Positions 60,984 through 64,000 of a stretch of 64,000 bases of DNA are shown one piece after another. Location: positions 110,059 to 174,058 of the forward strand of contig DASRHP010000012.1 in NCBI GenBank assembly GCA_035650475.1. The letters run 5' to 3'. The DNA comes from Candidatus Binataceae bacterium (lineage in GTDB: Bacteria > Desulfobacterota > Binatia > Binatales > Binataceae). Numbering within the stretch: the stretch's first letter is position 1; each line of letters opens with the position of its first letter. Under the pieces are notes generated by a model. It was given only the letters and a program-made list of their open reading frames with translations, did no database searches and was not told the DNA's origin. The position numbers and the translations under genes were made by a program.

Positions 60984-61925
60984 TCAGGCGTGCGTTATCA
61001 GCTCGCTAAGCGAGCGATCCGTGTGCAGCCGTTTAATCGCTTCCGCGAGCAACGGAGCGACGCTTACCACCTCAAGCGGCAGCCCGAGGTCCGGCGGCCG
61101 TGTGACGCTGTCGGTAACGATGAAGCGTCTGACGCCGAAAGCGCTCAGCCGGGCGCGGGCGGGGCCCACGAAAAGCCCGTGCGTCGCGGCGACCGTCACC
61201 TCGGAGTCGGCACCGGCCGCGCGCAGCGCGTTAATCGCCGCCGCGATCGTTGCGCCGGTGGTGATCATGTCGTCGATCACGAGGGTTGGGCGGCCGCGGA
61301 CGTCACCGACCACGCCGCGCGCCTCCACTTCTTCGCCGCTGACCCGCATCTTGCTGACGATCGCAAGCGGCATCTTCAGCAGCCGGGCGCATCGCTGCGC
61401 CAGCTTTACCGCGCCTAGATCGGGTGTCACGACCACCGAATTCGCGGGAACCCCCGCAGCCGCTGCCGCCTCGGCCAGCATCGGCACGGCGCTCAGATGC
61501 TCGAGCGGCATCGCAAAGACGCCTTCGAGCGCAGCCGTATGCAGGTCGACGGCGACCACGCGCTCGATCGCGGCGGCGCGCAGCAGATCGGCCACCAGCC
61601 GCGCACCCACCGGGTCGCGGCCGTTGGCCCGTCGGTCCTGGCGCGCGTAACCGAGGTAGGGGATTACGGCGGTCAGGCGCGCGGCACCGGCCCGCCGGCA
61701 GGCGTCGGCCAGCATCATCAGCACGAACAGCCGCTCCTCCACCGGCGGGCTGCTCGGCTCGATCAGGTAAACGTCGCGCCCGCGCACGCTCTCGTTCAGT
61801 TCGACGCGAAACTCGCTGTCGGGGAAACGAGCGAGCGCGCGGCTGCCCAGGGTGAGCCCGAGATGCTCGGCGACCGCCGCCGCCATCGGAAGGTTGGCCG
61901 AACCGGCAAAGATGATCGGGTCCAT
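60984..61925 (-). CDS. prs: ribose-phosphate pyrophosphokinase
   Basis: DSEFRVELNESVRGRDVYLI...PYLGYARQDRR...LVIDDMITTGATI. Confidence 0.85.
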   Translation of the reverse strand: MDPIIFAGSANLPMAAAVAEHLGLTLGSRALARFPDSEFRVELNESVRGRDVYLIEPSSPPVEERLFVLMMLADACRRAGAARLTAVIPYLGYARQDRRANGRDPVGARLVADLLRAAAIERVVAVDLHTAALEGVFAMPLEHLSAVPMLAEAAAAAGVPANSVVVTPDLGAVKLAQRCARLLKMPLAIVSKMRVSGEEVEARGVVGDVRGRPTLVIDDMITTGATIAAAINALRAAGADSEVTVAATHGLFVGPARARLSAFGVRRFIVTDSVTRPPDLGLPLEVVSVAPLLAEAIKRLHTDRSLSELITHA

Positions 61926-62137
61926 CGACGTATCCTGGCCAGCAAGCGGCGCGCCAAGTGCGGGCGACCGCCAAAGGACTGACGGGGTATCCGTTCCCGT
62001 GTGGGCAGTTTTGACACAGGTGGCCCGATTAGGGGCAAGCGCAGCGCCGTAGCCTGCGGAGGAAGCTCGCGCGGACGGCGTGTAACTCGCGTTGGCAGGC
62101 CGCGCCGGCGGCATAATTCGTGCTCGCCATTGCGGAC

Positions 62138-62686
62138 ATGAAAGTGTGGGAACTGATGAAGCGTGAAGTGGCGTCGTGCGCGCCTAGCGATTCGCTCAAC
62201 GCGGCGGCGCGAATCATGTGGGAGCGGGATTGCGGATGCGTGCCGGTGGTCGATCGCAACGGCCGCGTGGTCGGGATCATCACCGACCGTGACATTTGCA
62301 TGGGCGCCTACACCCAAGGACGCACGCTGCATTTGATCCAGGTGCAGGACGTGATGGCGCGGCCGGTGGTGTCGTGCGCGCCCGAAGACGACCTGGTCAC
62401 GGCGGAAAAGCTGATGCGCGACAACAAGGTGCGCAGGCTTCCGGTGTGCGACAGCGACGGCAAGCTCGTCGGTATGATCTCGCTCAGCGATATCGCCCTG
62501 GAGGCTGAGCGCGAGCGGCGGGCGGGCGGGGGCCGCGCAATCCGCAGTACCGAGGTCGCGGAAATTCTCGGCGCGGTTTCTCAGCCGCGTCCCCATGCGC
62601 TCGCGCCGATTCCGTTCGCACCCGAGGCGGGCGAGACGGAATTCGCGCCGAAGCCGCCCGCCAAGCGCGGCCAAACTTACAAATAG
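62138..62686 (+). CDS. CBS domain-pair protein
   Basis: Two CBS motifs (VVGIITDRDI, LVGMISLSDI). Confidence 0.75.
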   Translation: MKVWELMKREVASCAPSDSLNAAARIMWERDCGCVPVVDRNGRVVGIITDRDICMGAYTQGRTLHLIQVQDVMARPVVSCAPEDDLVTAEKLMRDNKVRRLPVCDSDGKLVGMISLSDIALEAERERRAGGGRAIRSTEVAEILGAVSQPRPHALAPIPFAPEAGETEFAPKPPAKRGQTYK

Positions 62687-62700
62687 GACGCAGGTGAGCC

Positions 62701-63126
62701 ATGGAAGAGGAAAGATTCATCCGCACCGTCGCCGACCAATTGGGCGTCGATCACGAGGCGGCGTTCAAGATCATCTCGGCAGTGCTTCATGAACTGCACG
62801 ATCGTCTGACGCCCAAGGAGGCGGCGGACGCCGGCGCGCAGTTGCCCGGGCGCTTGAAGAGCCTGTGGGCCTCCTTCGAATCGCCCGGCCGCGAAGTCAG
62901 CCGCATCCACAAGGCTGAATTCGTCAGGCGGGTCTCCGAGCGCGCAGAAATCGCGGAGAGCGACGCCGCCCGCGCGGTGCGGGTTGTGTTCGGCGCGCTC
63001 CAAACTCTGCTCAAGAGCCCTACCGGGCAGGAGGGCGAGGCCTGGGACATCTTCAGCCAGCTGCCCAAGGATTTGAAAAAGGTATGGCTGGGCGCGGCCC
63101 GCGCACAGGCATCGCGCCGGCTCTAG
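62701..63126 (+). CDS. DUF2267 domain-containing protein
   Basis: Two tandem ~60-aa helical repeats typical of DUF2267 (FIRTVADQLG...AAFKIISAVLHEL; FVRRVSERAEI...AARAVRVVFGAL). Confidence 0.65.
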   Translation: MEEERFIRTVADQLGVDHEAAFKIISAVLHELHDRLTPKEAADAGAQLPGRLKSLWASFESPGREVSRIHKAEFVRRVSERAEIAESDAARAVRVVFGALQTLLKSPTGQEGEAWDIFSQLPKDLKKVWLGAARAQASRRL

Positions 63127-63148
63127 GAGCGGATGTGCAACAAACCCG

Positions 63149-64000
63149 TCAGGCGCCGGGGATTTCCAGGATCGCCTGAGCTGCAAGCCAGTGCGCCGGG
63201 GTACCCAGCCGCTCGCATAGCCGCGCCATCCTGGACGCGATGGCCCGCGCCCGGTCGCCGCGTGCGAGCCGCGCCTGACAATCGATGATCACCGTCGGGC
63301 GCAGGCTCATCCGCCTCATCCGCGCACCCTCCATCTCGAGCGTAAAGACAAATGATTCGTCGTTGCGCTCGACCTCATCGACCGCGTAGTCGTCGATGAA
63401 GTCGCCCGTGCAGTACATTATCGGGCGCCCCTTGTAGAGCTCGACGCCCTGAAAGACATGGCCGGAATGGCCGAAGACGATGTCGGCGCCCGCATCGATG
63501 AGCGCGTGGCCGAAGCGCACGTGCGCCGCGAGCGGCTCGTAGCCCCAGTTCGGCCCCCAATGCGCCGAGACAACGACCAGGTCGGTCTGCGGGCGCGTTT
63601 CGCGCACTGCCGCAAAGAGCCGCGCCGCCCGCTCGTCGTTCACGTCGATCGGCATCCAGAGGACGCCCGGGCTGTGCGGCCCGGCCTCCCACTGCGGCTC
63701 GTTGTCGGTGAGGGCAAATAGCGCGACGGTTGCGCCCTTCACCGTACAAATTGCCGGGCGCCTGGCTTCGTCAAGGCACGCACCCGCGCCGGCGCGCTGG
63801 ATTCCGGCGTGGTCGAGCAGCTCCAGCATCTCGCGCATCGCGTCGTACTCGAAGTCGAGCACGTGATTGTTGGCAATGGATACCGCGTCGATCCCGGCGG
63901 CGGTCAGCACGGCGACGTTCTTCGCGTCGGAGCGGAAGTGAAAGGCCTTGGGAGTTCGCGACCACGGCCGTCCGTGGTCGGCGATTACGCATTCCAGGTT
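63149..64000 (-). CDS. CapA-family (poly-gamma-glutamate synthesis/metallophosphatase) protein, 5'-partial (continues beyond the window end)
   Basis: ANLEC...AAGIDAVSIANNHVLDFEYDAM and GAHWGPNWGYEP are CapA/PGA_cap motifs. The frame remains open upstream of 63910 to the window end. Confidence 0.7.
   Translation of the reverse strand, partial: NLECVIADHGRPWSRTPKAFHFRSDAKNVAVLTAAGIDAVSIANNHVLDFEYDAMREMLELLDHAGIQRAGAGACLDEARRPAICTVKGATVALFALTDNEPQWEAGPHSPGVLWMPIDVNDERAARLFAAVRETRPQTDLVVVSAHWGPNWGYEPLAAHVRFGHALIDAGADIVFGHSGHVFQGVELYKGRPIMYCTGDFIDDYAVDEVERNDESFVFTLEMEGARMRRMSLRPTVIIDCQARLARGDRARAIASRMARLCERLGTPAHWLAAQAILEIPGA

Overview
This is a high-GC window (about 70% GC, strong GC3 codon bias) from a Gram-negative, diderm bacterium: it carries lptD, a TolC/RND efflux system and a SPOR-domain protein. 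It is possibly a delta-proteobacterial or Binatia-like metagenome bin. Coding is dense, with about 62 supportable genes, and nearly all long antisense ORFs are GC-rich shadow frames.

Core block (1-20.5 kb):
- a 3'-partial recD2
- a Cys-rich lipoprotein, a hypothetical protein, and a GST gene interrupted by an in-frame TGA at the catalytic position
- a VOC gene, an SDR remnant and an EthD gene
- argS followed by a SPOR-domain protein
- a complete seven-gene trp operon (trpE-G-D-C-F-B-A), preceded by a Trp-codon-rich leader peptide and an attenuator-like terminator, then accD and folC
- lptD, followed by an APH-family kinase and a NUDIX hydrolase

Accessory block (20.5-64 kb):
- an ABC exporter pair and a SAM methyltransferase
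- an LLM oxidoreductase, MFS transporter, Zn-ADH, amidohydrolase-2 and DUF59 catabolic-looking group
- a three-gene membrane redox module (NapC/NrfH-like tetraheme cytochrome c, NarI-like cytochrome b, and a Cys-rich lipoprotein that is a paralog of the lipoprotein at 1.1 kb)
- the conserved but functionally unresolved DUF1329 / BNR (Ycf48-like) / MMPL-RND / DUF1302 envelope cluster
- a TTQ amine dehydrogenase cluster (mauB-E-D-A) with two paralogous mono-heme cytochromes c and an adjacent group II PLP aromatic-amino-acid decarboxylase; mauG, mauF and amicyanin are absent
- a ~760-bp AT-rich island with a sigma70-like promoter, a Crp/Fnr regulator and a DUF2892 protein, then a TolC-MFP-RND efflux operon
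- a GGT / GT39 (ArnT-like) / flippase-like envelope-modification operon
- a stress/dormancy-style island: enoyl-CoA hydratase, Zn-ribbon protein, OsmC, USP, a DLH-phosphoribosyltransferase fusion (Rv0571c-like) with prs, CBS-pair and DUF2267 proteins, and a partial capA

No rRNA, tRNA, CRISPR or transposase was recognised.
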